A model generated the notes under the pieces. That model saw nothing but the letters and a program-made list of their open reading frames with translations, was not told the DNA's origin and did not search any database. This document shows, piece after piece, positions 17,643 to 26,977 of a stretch of 64,000 bases of DNA (positions within the stretch are counted from its first letter, which is position 1; every line of letters begins with the position of its first letter). The DNA is from an uncultured Rhodospirillaceae bacterium (GTDB lineage: Bacteria; Pseudomonadota; Alphaproteobacteria; Rhodospirillales; UBA2165). The translations under genes and the position numbers were made by a program. The DNA lies in NCBI GenBank assembly GCA_964643045.1, contig CAZXSC010000001.1:66296-130295 (forward strand), written 5' to 3'.

Positions 17643-20600
17643 AACCTTTTTACCGTTCCGTTCTGGCCATCAATTTCGATTTCACTACAGCCACGAAGGC
17701 TTTCGAATAATGTTTGGCCGCAGCCGATAGCGGCCGGCAAGCTAAATTCTGCAGCCCTGATGCTCATGTGTGAACCGATGCCGCCGTACTGTGTCAATAG
17801 ACCTACTAAAGAGTGGCTAAAAATCCAGTCGTAACCTGGATCAGCGGAGCGGATTGCTACGATAGCCCCTTCAAGATCGTAGGGTGGTTTTTGATCATCT
17901 AACCATACTATGCGAGCTCTTACGCATTTATGAGTAACGAAATTTGGCTGATGAAGAATGACCTCGAATGCTGAAACATCGTTGACAGTGCGTATCAGCT
18001 CTGGCAGGCGTATGGCACAGGTCAGCACCCATCTTTTTTCATTAAATTCCACCATACGCCGAAAATAACTAGTTTGGGCATTGTTGAAGCTGTCGGTGCC
18101 AAGGCGGAAATATTCGTCAATCGGGATAAAAGCCAGTTGATTGCGGCTAAAGCCTATTTTTTCCCCAAGTAAAGCTACGTTCTCTAGGGCGTCGTTAAGG
18201 TTACGCATAAATTGGAATTTTGCTGATTCCCGTGCTGAAATTGCGCTTCTAACAAAATCGATAAATTTATCAAAACTAATGTTCAATCCTAAATCGCTGA
18301 AACATTTCTCAATATTGCTTGCTTTGTCAGAAAGCACCTCCGCAATGTCCTTGTCTACGGGCGCTTGCAGATGGTCACAAGTACTCTTGAGCATTCTTTG
18401 TTTATTGAAAATTTGCTCTATATCAGAGGAATAGTTGGGTGAGTTGATATCATATGAATGTGGACGCAGATGACCGTAGCGTTCTATCATCTTATCCAAT
18501 TCAAGGCGGTCTTCAGCATAAGCCAACATATCTTCAGAGAAGCGGCTGGCCACTGTCGGAATGCCAAGTAGCACGTTTTCAAACTCCACTTCCTCTATGA
18601 CTCCACAATCCCGCAATCCTCTCAGTAAGGTCATAGCAATAAAAGCGTAGCGCGCTAGGATAGAAAAAGACACAATCCCATAATTTTGGCAATCTTTAAG
18701 CAAATTTCGAATATGCCGTGCAATGTCAGCGACTGTCTCGTGCGGCTCTTCTATTAGTTGATTGCGACGATCTTCTAGTATATTGAGTGAATTTTGAAGG
18801 TCTATGATAGGTTCTACACTTCCATTAACGATATTTTGCGTAAGTTCTCTTAAACAGAACTTGAAGGTTTCAATTTGTTCAGGACTGAGACCAGCTTCTT
18901 GCATACGTTTAGCTTGTTGTGGCCAATCAGGCGCTAGACAAGTGGCAGCAATTTCAAACTCTATTTTGTCGTGAAGATGAGGTTGTTGGCACAGGCGCTC
19001 AATGTTAGCGTTAATCCAATTTTCGGCAATTGAAGTTTCTAAACCATCAGGTAGGAAAGAATTCAAGCTGGCACGCACATCGACATAGGGTCTACCTGCG
19101 ACGGAAACAATAAGAGCCTCAGGATCAACTTTCCTATAACCAATCCGAGCACGTGCTTTGGCCCAACTCAAGTCGCCAATTAAAGTTTGGTAAATGCTCA
19201 AGGCTAATGGATTAGGTGTTTCTCCGAGCATTTCGACTGGATTCCAATCCGGCATCGAACCAAGGACTGATGTTTTGCCCAATACCCCATTGCGGGGCCT
19301 CATTAAGGACCGAATAAATTCCTGAGCACCAGTCACCATGTCAAAAAAATCATCTTCGGCAATTGGCAAATTTTTGGTGTTCGTCAGTGGCCTAATTTGG
19401 AAAAGATGACAGGTACTATTTCGGTCGATTCCGTATTCAATATTCAATGTATTGATGTGAGACAGCGCCATCATCTCTTGGCCCAGCTTAAAAGTTTTCT
19501 GTGCCGTTTGAGGGAGGTGCGATATGTCGTGTCCAGGTAAAGCATAATATGTTTTAAGATTTCCCTTGCCTCCCGAGGTAACCAGATCTGAGCGTCCGGT
19601 AGTCTCGTCTGCATTAATAATGAGATAGGGGGCTCCGCTTCGTGGATCTTCAGTTAGTAAAACACCACTTGAAAGTAAACCTTCTACTTGAGGTTGTATC
19701 AGAACTTCATCTTTAGTAGACCTAATTCGACCATTTCTGGAAAAGCTGTTTATGACCTGCTGGATCGCGTTAGTGAGTTGCTTTTTATTGGTGGGATCAA
19801 CGTCAAGAATTGAATCAAAAGCACCCGCAGCCGAAAACTCATATTGGTCCTCGCTTGTAGTGGAGCTGCGGACGATTAAAGGTCCTTTGGGGAAAGCTTT
19901 TTTTATGGATACTAATATCTTCGTTGCGTTATTTTCCCAGCGGGCAACCGAAAAACGCTCTCTTGCTAGGACCCGTGCTTCTTTTGCTAGTGGCGCAATA
20001 TGATCCAGTGTTTGTGCTTTACCTTTAAATACAGTTTGTGAAATTTTGACTTTGTCAGTGATTAAAGCGGCTAAGTCATCAAGGTCAACGTTTTTACTCG
20101 TGTTACCAATCAGGGCCTGCTGAAGGTCATTAAAGTTAGCTAAGGGATCTTTTTTGACTAATTTTTTTGCGGCTGATAAGAATAGATCGAATGACCCTGA
20201 CCTAACGCGCATAGCAACTGTCACTTGATTGTTAGAAGATGTACGAACATTTCCAAAAGTTATGCCTTGTCCAGAATGTAGGTTAAGGAAGAATTTTGGC
20301 AGGTAAAGGACGTCTGCGCGGACGATAATTGTTTCAAGGGGCTTGTCTGTTGCTAGCAGCATAGATACTAGGTCCCCCTGATTCAGGCGGTCTTTTTGAT
20401 AAATCAATTTAAGGTTGGGATAACTCTGAAGCACTTTTTCAATGTGATAGCCACCGACATATGAAATGCCACAGTCATCTAAATTTTTTAATGCGTGGAG
20501 CAACCATTCCATTACGGGCTTGTTGAAGGTTTTATCTCGATCAAGAGAGTGCGGTTGGCTTTTTTGAGGGTCTAGACGGCGTGTGCCTTCGGCTGGCTCA

Positions 20601-20683
20601 ATGATGATCACGGCAGGTGCGCTTTCCCTGTCCGGGGGCTCGGCAAGATTATTGGTGAAGTTATTATGTTGTTGTTTAGTCAT
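17639..20683 (-). CDS. PEP-utilising-enzyme family protein (PpsA/PPDK architecture) with an N-terminal nucleotidyltransferase-like extension; candidate L-glutamine kinase (Cj1418-like)
   Basis: 1014 aa. ATP-grasp region LIVRSSTTSEDQYEFSAAGAFDSILDV. C-terminal phospho-His swivel domain GGIGSHMSIRAAEFSLPAAIGCG. About 215 N-terminal residues contain VIIIEPAEGTRRL, a degenerate LAAGxGTRL. Confidence 0.65.
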   Translation of the reverse strand: MTKQQHNNFTNNLAEPPDRESAPAVIIIEPAEGTRRLDPQKSQPHSLDRDKTFNKPVMEWLLHALKNLDDCGISYVGGYHIEKVLQSYPNLKLIYQKDRLNQGDLVSMLLATDKPLETIIVRADVLYLPKFFLNLHSGQGITFGNVRTSSNNQVTVAMRVRSGSFDLFLSAAKKLVKKDPLANFNDLQQALIGNTSKNVDLDDLAALITDKVKISQTVFKGKAQTLDHIAPLAKEARVLARERFSVARWENNATKILVSIKKAFPKGPLIVRSSTTSEDQYEFSAAGAFDSILDVDPTNKKQLTNAIQQVINSFSRNGRIRSTKDEVLIQPQVEGLLSSGVLLTEDPRSGAPYLIINADETTGRSDLVTSGGKGNLKTYYALPGHDISHLPQTAQKTFKLGQEMMALSHINTLNIEYGIDRNSTCHLFQIRPLTNTKNLPIAEDDFFDMVTGAQEFIRSLMRPRNGVLGKTSVLGSMPDWNPVEMLGETPNPLALSIYQTLIGDLSWAKARARIGYRKVDPEALIVSVAGRPYVDVRASLNSFLPDGLETSIAENWINANIERLCQQPHLHDKIEFEIAATCLAPDWPQQAKRMQEAGLSPEQIETFKFCLRELTQNIVNGSVEPIIDLQNSLNILEDRRNQLIEEPHETVADIARHIRNLLKDCQNYGIVSFSILARYAFIAMTLLRGLRDCGVIEEVEFENVLLGIPTVASRFSEDMLAYAEDRLELDKMIERYGHLRPHSYDINSPNYSSDIEQIFNKQRMLKSTCDHLQAPVDKDIAEVLSDKASNIEKCFSDLGLNISFDKFIDFVRSAISARESAKFQFMRNLNDALENVALLGEKIGFSRNQLAFIPIDEYFRLGTDSFNNAQTSYFRRMVEFNEKRWVLTCAIRLPELIRTVNDVSAFEVILHQPNFVTHKCVRARIVWLDDQKPPYDLEGAIVAIRSADPGYDWIFSHSLVGLLTQYGGIGSHMSIRAAEFSLPAAIGCGQTLFESLRGCSEIEIDGQNGTVKRL

Positions 20684-20689
20684 AGAAAT

Positions 20690-22702
20690 CTAAGGCATAT
20701 TTTCACTATAAAGGAAATAAAAGAAATCATCATAATCGGTATATTTAAATAACTCTTTCAGGTTTTTCCACTCCAATTGATAAGCTTTCCGGCGGTGCTT
20801 CAAATAATCTTGCCTATTAGGCAGATCCGTTACTAATTCGGCAAGGCAATTCTCATTCCCAGAGCGTTCGACGATAGTATTATCAAGTACCACTGCATCC
20901 ATTTCGGAATAGGCCATGAATCTAAGTAAGTCCGCAAAGTCGATAATTATGCTCTCGCCTGACATGTTAAGGCTGGTATTCATGAGAACGCCAACACCAG
21001 TTTGCTGTTTGAATTCATTGAGGATAGAAAAAAGTTTGGGGTTAAAGTCCTGTTCCAATGTTTGTACACGTGCCGTAAGGTCATGATGAATAACAGCACC
21101 AAGACAGTCACGCGCTTCATTATTCATTCTTGGTGCAAGTAACATGTATGGACTGTCAGTGACCTCACTTTCGTTACCCCAATATTTTTCAGCTTCTTGT
21201 TTTAGCATTACCGGGGCAAATGGGCGAAAGTCCTCTCTATGTTTAATAGTTTTGTTGACTCGTGGCCAGTTTTCATAAGGCCGTGGATCTGCAAGGATTG
21301 AACGGAAACCAAGGGCTCTGGGACCGAATTCATATCGGCCTGACATATACCCAATCACGTTGCCTTTGGCTATTAAGCTAGCCACGTTTTTCGGCGTAAA
21401 ATCAGTGTATTTGAAACCCTTTTTATCGAGAAATTTTTTGATCTGTTGAGGATCATTTCTTGTGCCATAATTGTTAAAATAACGTAGCCGTTTCTCTCTT
21501 TTAGCCCGCTGATTACCATTTAGTTCATTGTGGCGTAGAAGAAGAGCCGCCCCTAGCGCGGTGCCATCATCGCCGCAAGGTGGAATCAAAAAAGGTTTGA
21601 TTTTTAATTTGGCGCGTAACTTTTCGTTCATTACACAATTCAGGGACAGACCACCCGAAAAAACAACATTCCGTGTATTGAGCATTTTACAGGCGTTTTT
21701 GACCAATTGGGCACAAACTCGTTCAGTGGTTTTTTGTACTGCGTATGCGATTGCCATGTGGCGGTCATTTATTGATTCGTCGTCCTTTCGTTTAGGACCA
21801 ATTATTTTTATAAGTAATTTCTTGAAATTGAGTCGCTGGCTTTGTGAATAGGATAACAATTCGTCGTTGAACGTAAAATCAAATTGTTTATTATCGACCT
21901 TAATTAGTTGATCAATTATTGATACAAATCGATTATCACCATAAGCAGCTAAGCCCATCAATTTGCCTGGACCTTCAATGCGACTGAAGCCAACATATTC
22001 TGCAAACACTTCATAAAACGTTCCGATAGACAAGGGGTGTTGGATCTCAGCTACGCGGACCATTTTTTCTCCCTTACCGTGAGTAAGCACTGTACTATCG
22101 AATTCACCCCGGCCATCCCACGTCACTATGGCAGCATTATCGAAGGGGCTTGCAAAGTAAGTGGCGGCGTGAGTATCGTGATGGCGAAATCCAGTTATTG
22201 GCACCGTAGGCAGGAATCGTGAGATGTTTATCTCGGTGGCCAATTCGTTTAGATAGCGTACAAGCAGATAACAGATATTCTTTCGTAGAGACAGATTATC
22301 ACTCGCCGATGGCAGTCCACTTATTAGTCCCTTAATTTTTTCTGGCAGGAAGTCAATGTGTGGAAATGCTTCGTCGCTACGGTTGAGAATAGTCGCAAGC
22401 TCATGGCGCAGCCGTCGTTCTGTTTTGGCATCAAAACTACCTTCAAAGTATGACTGCGGAGGGAATTTGAAACAATTACGATCGCGGGAATAGGCTACGG
22501 CAGAAATGTTTTCAGCCCCAATTTGCTCTATCGCCAATTTTAGCGATTTAAAAGGAAAACCAAAATGATGAGATATTCCTGAATGACGATCTTCGGATAA
22601 AAGCAGTACTGGTTCATTCATCTCTGCACTAAGTACACAAACCGCGGCATCGTGAAACGATCCATTTATGCCAATGACGTAAGGTTTTGCCAGTGTTGAC
22701 AT
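20690..22702 (-). CDS. Carbamoyltransferase (NodU/CmcH family)
   Basis: About 670 aa with YVIGINGSFHDAAVCVL and GFRHHDTHAATYFASPFDNAAIVTWDGRGE, typical of the carbamoyltransferase N domain, plus a long C domain. The ATG at 22702 is preferred over the TTG at 22705. Confidence 0.8.
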   Translation of the reverse strand: MSTLAKPYVIGINGSFHDAAVCVLSAEMNEPVLLLSEDRHSGISHHFGFPFKSLKLAIEQIGAENISAVAYSRDRNCFKFPPQSYFEGSFDAKTERRLRHELATILNRSDEAFPHIDFLPEKIKGLISGLPSASDNLSLRKNICYLLVRYLNELATEINISRFLPTVPITGFRHHDTHAATYFASPFDNAAIVTWDGRGEFDSTVLTHGKGEKMVRVAEIQHPLSIGTFYEVFAEYVGFSRIEGPGKLMGLAAYGDNRFVSIIDQLIKVDNKQFDFTFNDELLSYSQSQRLNFKKLLIKIIGPKRKDDESINDRHMAIAYAVQKTTERVCAQLVKNACKMLNTRNVVFSGGLSLNCVMNEKLRAKLKIKPFLIPPCGDDGTALGAALLLRHNELNGNQRAKREKRLRYFNNYGTRNDPQQIKKFLDKKGFKYTDFTPKNVASLIAKGNVIGYMSGRYEFGPRALGFRSILADPRPYENWPRVNKTIKHREDFRPFAPVMLKQEAEKYWGNESEVTDSPYMLLAPRMNNEARDCLGAVIHHDLTARVQTLEQDFNPKLFSILNEFKQQTGVGVLMNTSLNMSGESIIIDFADLLRFMAYSEMDAVVLDNTIVERSGNENCLAELVTDLPNRQDYLKHRRKAYQLEWKNLKELFKYTDYDDFFYFLYSENMP

Positions 22703-22786
22703 CAATTTCTATTCGATTTTGGTAAATTATTTGATGATGTTTGTAGCAAGGACGTGTATCAATCTATTCGAGTGTTTCTTTTACAG

Positions 22787-22803
22787 CGTTCAAGCTTTGA
22801 ACA
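22787..22803. promoter_or_regulatory. Palindromic site cGTTC-N7-GAACA (copy 4) in the gap upstream of the carbamoyltransferase gene
   Basis: The sequence read directly is cGTTCaagctttGAACA. It is also an extended palindrome GTTCAA-gct-TTGAAC. Confidence 0.3.
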
Positions 22804-22856
22804 AAAGTGTTAGTGATTATAAATATTTTTTCCGCAATTCTTAGCTTACTTCAACT

Positions 22857-24155
22857 TTATTTTATAAGTTGTTCATGTCGATTTAGGAAGCTTGGTGCTA
22901 TTGGTGAACGTGCATCTGAATCTTCGAACTGGCCATCTTCTAAAGACAACCCATGGTTTTCGGGATAAAGTGAAAAGAAACGATGTTCTAATTCATCTCG
23001 TTCACAACCAACGATGCTTCCAGAATTCATTTTATTTAAGATATCTAATGCTGCTTCTGTCAATTCTAATCCTGTGTTGTAAACAATTCTAATTTTTTCC
23101 TTTCTAAAGTCATCTGTTCGACCGAACGTTAGAATACCGCGTTTAATCGCTTCGCTGTAAGTAATGATTCTGTTTGAATCAATATCAAGATACTTGACTG
23201 GTAAAGACATAAAATTTGGCCACGGTGCATATAAATCAGCAATATTTAGATTTGTGCGCAATCCACAGCCGCCTTGGGCGTGAGATAGATGGCCAATACC
23301 AGCTGAATCACAGATGAATAATGTACAGTATGAAGCAAGGAAAACATCTCCAAAATCGGTTCGGTGGTGTGTCGAATAATCAATTATTCGCGGATGTTGG
23401 GTTAAAAGAGGGCTTGCAACAATCGATCCCATTCGAACTAGCCAATAGCCCTGATCTGCTAAATTTTCAGCCATTTCTACATATGCGTCAAAATCAGGAT
23501 TACGATAGCTATGATAATCCCAGCCGTTCTCGTTACCCGTTACAAAAGACTTTTCCATATAAGCCTGGTCACGTACAGCGAAAGTGATAACAGGCGCTCC
23601 ACTTGGAATGCCCATTTGTTTGAGTAGGGTTTGGCCGTTCTTTTTCTGTTCCTCTGTTAAGCAAAAAGGCGCTGGAGTGTTGTTAAAAATATCTGGGGCA
23701 TAAACGATATGTGGCATAACATAAATGGCAGGATGTTTTGGTTTAATCCGAAATACCATTTTAATTAGATGTCTCAAAAAATCACTACAAACAACAGGTA
23801 TGTATTGGCGGGTCATTTCCACAATAGTTCTGTTAGATAGCGCTCCGTCGCATAGCAAAACATCATAAGCTGTCCCATAACCTTGATCTAAATTTTTTCG
23901 GCGGAGGTAGTAGTCCATCGCCCCTAGAAAATGACCGATCCGGCCATCCATTGAAATAATGATATTATCACCGCTGTTGGATTTATAACCACCAACAATC
24001 ATGAAACGGTATGGACGGTAAAACTTGAGAGCAAAAAGAATTAGAATACCAAAGTAACCCGAAAGGTTCACTTTAACTTGATAATAACAAAAACGAGCTA
24101 GTCGATGTAAAGCACTCGGTTTTATCGAAGAATTCATGAGTAATGCTTTAATCAA
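22857..24155 (-). CDS. Hypothetical 432-aa protein, possible non-canonical glycosyltransferase
   Basis: No canonical GT motif. The pattern ITFAVRDQAYM...WDYHSYRNPD...GYWLVRMGS...LFICDSAGIGHL recalls, from memory only, TIGR04372-type putative glycosyltransferases. Confidence 0.35.
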   Translation of the reverse strand: MIKALLMNSSIKPSALHRLARFCYYQVKVNLSGYFGILILFALKFYRPYRFMIVGGYKSNSGDNIIISMDGRIGHFLGAMDYYLRRKNLDQGYGTAYDVLLCDGALSNRTIVEMTRQYIPVVCSDFLRHLIKMVFRIKPKHPAIYVMPHIVYAPDIFNNTPAPFCLTEEQKKNGQTLLKQMGIPSGAPVITFAVRDQAYMEKSFVTGNENGWDYHSYRNPDFDAYVEMAENLADQGYWLVRMGSIVASPLLTQHPRIIDYSTHHRTDFGDVFLASYCTLFICDSAGIGHLSHAQGGCGLRTNLNIADLYAPWPNFMSLPVKYLDIDSNRIITYSEAIKRGILTFGRTDDFRKEKIRIVYNTGLELTEAALDILNKMNSGSIVGCERDELEHRFFSLYPENHGLSLEDGQFEDSDARSPIAPSFLNRHEQLIK

Positions 24156-25107
24156 AAAGAGAAGATTCGTAGAAATCGTTCAAGACAGGGAAATCGAGAC
24201 CAAATATTTTCTTGTATGCATCTTGAATATAATTTTTTTCCATACTGGGAAGGTAACTAATCGCCTTAAAAAGTAGAGCTACACGTTTATTTAAATCGCG
24301 AAATAAAGGTTGGTTTATAAATGTGGCATAGGAGACGCCCTCTTTTTCAACGGCACGAAGTAGAACTTCCAGAGCTACATCGGTCGCGTTGTTGAGCATT
24401 AAGAACAAAGCCATCCGGATAGTATTGGGAGCGACATCATTGCGTGTTCGATCAAATAGGCGTTTTGATGAAATAACCCATACACCATCTGTGGACATTA
24501 GTTTCCCAAATTTATCAGGAAGGGTAAATGGGCTTCTCGCGCTTCCCCGGCCATCATAATCCAAATTCAAGAGCTCAAAACCGTGTTCGTACATAAAATT
24601 GTTAATTTCGCCGAATGTTGGGCAATCTTTGAGAATTGGAGCAAAGGGTACCTCTGCACGAACACCCAAAACGGTATCCATTATTTTTGATTTTGCACCA
24701 TTAAGAACTTCAAGTTCAGCCCCTTCGGTGTCAATTTTTAGGAAATGGATTTCTTGGTTAGAAAAGAGGCTATCAATTGATCTTGCCTCTACGGTATATT
24801 CTCTAATATTTTCATGCTCGATCCGCATATAATCTTCGTCTGAGAGAAATGCTTCATTAATGTCATAGTGTGAATTTAATGCACGATGGTGTCGTTCCTT
24901 GAATGTAAGAGTTGTATCTTTACTGAATAGCGCTAAATTCTCGACAGTAATATTTTTTCTATCAATATACTTCTTTTTTAAGCGATTAACTTCTTTGTCG
25001 TCGGCTTCAAATAGAAAAAAATTGACCAAAGTTTCCATGGACTGCCAAGATGGATGTAAACCATAACGGGCTCCGGCATCAATTACATTACAATCAAGCT
25101 GAGGCAT
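24148..25107 (-). CDS. FkbM-family methyltransferase
   Basis: VIDAGARYGLHPSW and FLKIDTEGAELEVLNGA motifs; 319 aa. Confidence 0.8.
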   Translation of the reverse strand: MPQLDCNVIDAGARYGLHPSWQSMETLVNFFLFEADDKEVNRLKKKYIDRKNITVENLALFSKDTTLTFKERHHRALNSHYDINEAFLSDEDYMRIEHENIREYTVEARSIDSLFSNQEIHFLKIDTEGAELEVLNGAKSKIMDTVLGVRAEVPFAPILKDCPTFGEINNFMYEHGFELLNLDYDGRGSARSPFTLPDKFGKLMSTDGVWVISSKRLFDRTRNDVAPNTIRMALFLMLNNATDVALEVLLRAVEKEGVSYATFINQPLFRDLNKRVALLFKAISYLPSMEKNYIQDAYKKIFGLDFPVLNDFYESSLFD

Positions 25108-25152
25108 TGATTTTTAGCTCCCTTGTTTGCGGTTAATATTGGTAAAGCAGAG

Positions 25153-26028
25153 TTACTCACAAAAGGCGTCAAGTGCATCTTCAATGCCGGTTGGATTAAA
25201 ACCAAGCTTCCTAGCTGAAGAAAAATTAATTGTAAATGAAGATTTGTCAAGAAGTCGTGTTTTTACTTTAGAGCTTGATCCTGTTCGAGTTATAATTCGT
25301 TTGACAGCATTTTCGATTGTTATGAATCCCGATGAAGCTATGGGAAATACATGTGATCCTCGAAAACTTGAATTAGCGAGGTGAAGAATAAAGTTACTTA
25401 ACGCGTTTACATCTACAGCATTGTTAAACCTGTTTTCTGGATTGAATATTGTAATATCTTGATGTTTGAGTGCACGTTCGCGAACCTTCGCCAGCCAATG
25501 ATTTTTGGCACCAATACCAAGCACGCTTGGAAGACGAATAGCAAAGGAAGATAATACAGAAGCCTTCTCGTGCAACAACATTTCGCCGGCCAGCTTGCTA
25601 AGGCCGTAGGTGTTGGGGTTCACAATCGGCGTATTTGAATCAATAGGGTCGACGTTTATTTCACCATGAACAGAAATACTGGAGGTAAATATGAAGCGAT
25701 CTGCACCCGCTACCAACGCATAATCTAGAAGGTTTTGCATTCCATGTACGTTAGTTTTTATTATATCTGAAGCTGAGGATTCACTGGATGCAGCAGCAAT
25801 GTGGATAATTGTAGAAACACGTTTCGGAAGGTGTTTGAAAGAAACGGAATCACTCAAATCCAAATGTATGACGTTTACATTTTTTAACCTTCGCATAGGA
25901 TCGTCGTCGTCAATCGGTGAGCGGGTTGTTGCAACTAGGTTAGTACCAGATCGTGAAATTTGGTTTGATACATGCCTACCAATAAACGCTGTCGCGCCAA
26001 TTAACAAGATTTCGGCTTCAGGAATCAT
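25153..26028 (-). CDS. NAD-dependent epimerase/dehydratase family protein
   Basis: Start reassigned to ATG 26028 (MIPEAEILLIGATAFIGRHV). The track's longer form overlaps the upstream gene by 77 nt. YGLSK fits YxxxK. Confidence 0.75.
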   Translation of the reverse strand: MIPEAEILLIGATAFIGRHVSNQISRSGTNLVATTRSPIDDDDPMRRLKNVNVIHLDLSDSVSFKHLPKRVSTIIHIAAASSESSASDIIKTNVHGMQNLLDYALVAGADRFIFTSSISVHGEINVDPIDSNTPIVNPNTYGLSKLAGEMLLHEKASVLSSFAIRLPSVLGIGAKNHWLAKVRERALKHQDITIFNPENRFNNAVDVNALSNFILHLANSSFRGSHVFPIASSGFITIENAVKRIITRTGSSSKVKTRLLDKSSFTINFSSARKLGFNPTGIEDALDAFCE

Positions 26029-26056
26029 ATGGTGAATATTTGCATTTATAGTTAGA

Positions 26057-26977
26057 CTAGGGACGGTTAATTTCTTCGCTGATGCTTTCGATATCGAGCC
26101 CGTGCTTTGATAACAATTCCAAGTGATTTCCATAAAAATGAATAAATTCGTCCTTTAAGGAAAAACATTTTAAACTACAATTGGCCTTCATTTCCCATGC
26201 AATTTCTTTTACCCGTGAGCCTAGTCCACCATGAGGAACGTGCTCCTCAATTACTGCTATTTGATTGTGGGTCGCTAAGATTTTTTGTATGCCTTCTGTA
26301 TCAAGGGGCTTAATAGTATGGCAAGAGTATACAGATACAGATTTCCCGGTTGAAGAAATCTGTTTGGCAACACTGAGAGCCATATCAACTGTTATGCCAT
26401 ATGATAGTATTGCAACATTTGCCCCCTGTTGAAGACATCTTACTTTCCCAATTTTAAATGGATCGATAGCTTTACTAGTTAAATCTGGCTCGCCTGCTTT
26501 ACCTAGTCGCATGTAAACTGGACCCAGACTTTCCGTCGCACACCAAGTTGTTGCCAAGCGCATTTCGTCTGGGTCGCATGGTGCGAGGACGGTTAAATTG
26601 GGAATTGCGGAAGCGATTGCGATGTCTTCAATTGTATGGTGGGTACCACCAAGTGTGGAGTAAATAACCCCAGCCCCCATACCGATAACTGTTACCGGTA
26701 AATTTTGATAGCACAAATCATCACGGACCATTTCAAATGGACGATAAAGACTGAACGTGGCAATCGTATAACAAAACGGGCGCATCCCGTTTAAAGCCAT
26801 TCCAGCAGCAATTCCAATCATTGATTGCTCGGCAACACCACAATTAATAAATCGGTCTGGGAAATCCTCGCGAAAATTAATCATTGAGCCAGCTGGCGAT
26901 AGATCTGCCACTAAGGCGCAAATACGATCATCTTTTTTGCCAATCTCGTAAATAGCATCTGCAAATTTATTTCTCAC
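26057..26977 (-). CDS. Transketolase, C-terminal (pyrimidine-binding) subunit
   Basis: 306 aa with GVAEQSMIGIAAGMALNGMRPF. It is paired with the N-terminal subunit by a 4-nt overlap. Confidence 0.85.
   Translation of the reverse strand: MRNKFADAIYEIGKKDDRICALVADLSPAGSMINFREDFPDRFINCGVAEQSMIGIAAGMALNGMRPFCYTIATFSLYRPFEMVRDDLCYQNLPVTVIGMGAGVIYSTLGGTHHTIEDIAIASAIPNLTVLAPCDPDEMRLATTWCATESLGPVYMRLGKAGEPDLTSKAIDPFKIGKVRCLQQGANVAILSYGITVDMALSVAKQISSTGKSVSVYSCHTIKPLDTEGIQKILATHNQIAVIEEHVPHGGLGSRVKEIAWEMKANCSLKCFSLKDEFIHFYGNHLELLSKHGLDIESISEEINRP

Noticed and set aside
17639-20683. Calling the 1014-aa protein phosphoenolpyruvate synthase or pyruvate phosphate dikinase
   Set aside because: The domain architecture fits, but the protein is embedded in a glycan island and coupled to amidotransferase, nucleotidyltransferase and APS-kinase-like genes. 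That context matches the glutamine-kinase paradigm. I could not identify a PEP/pyruvate-binding TIM-barrel signature, though this needs a proper domain search.
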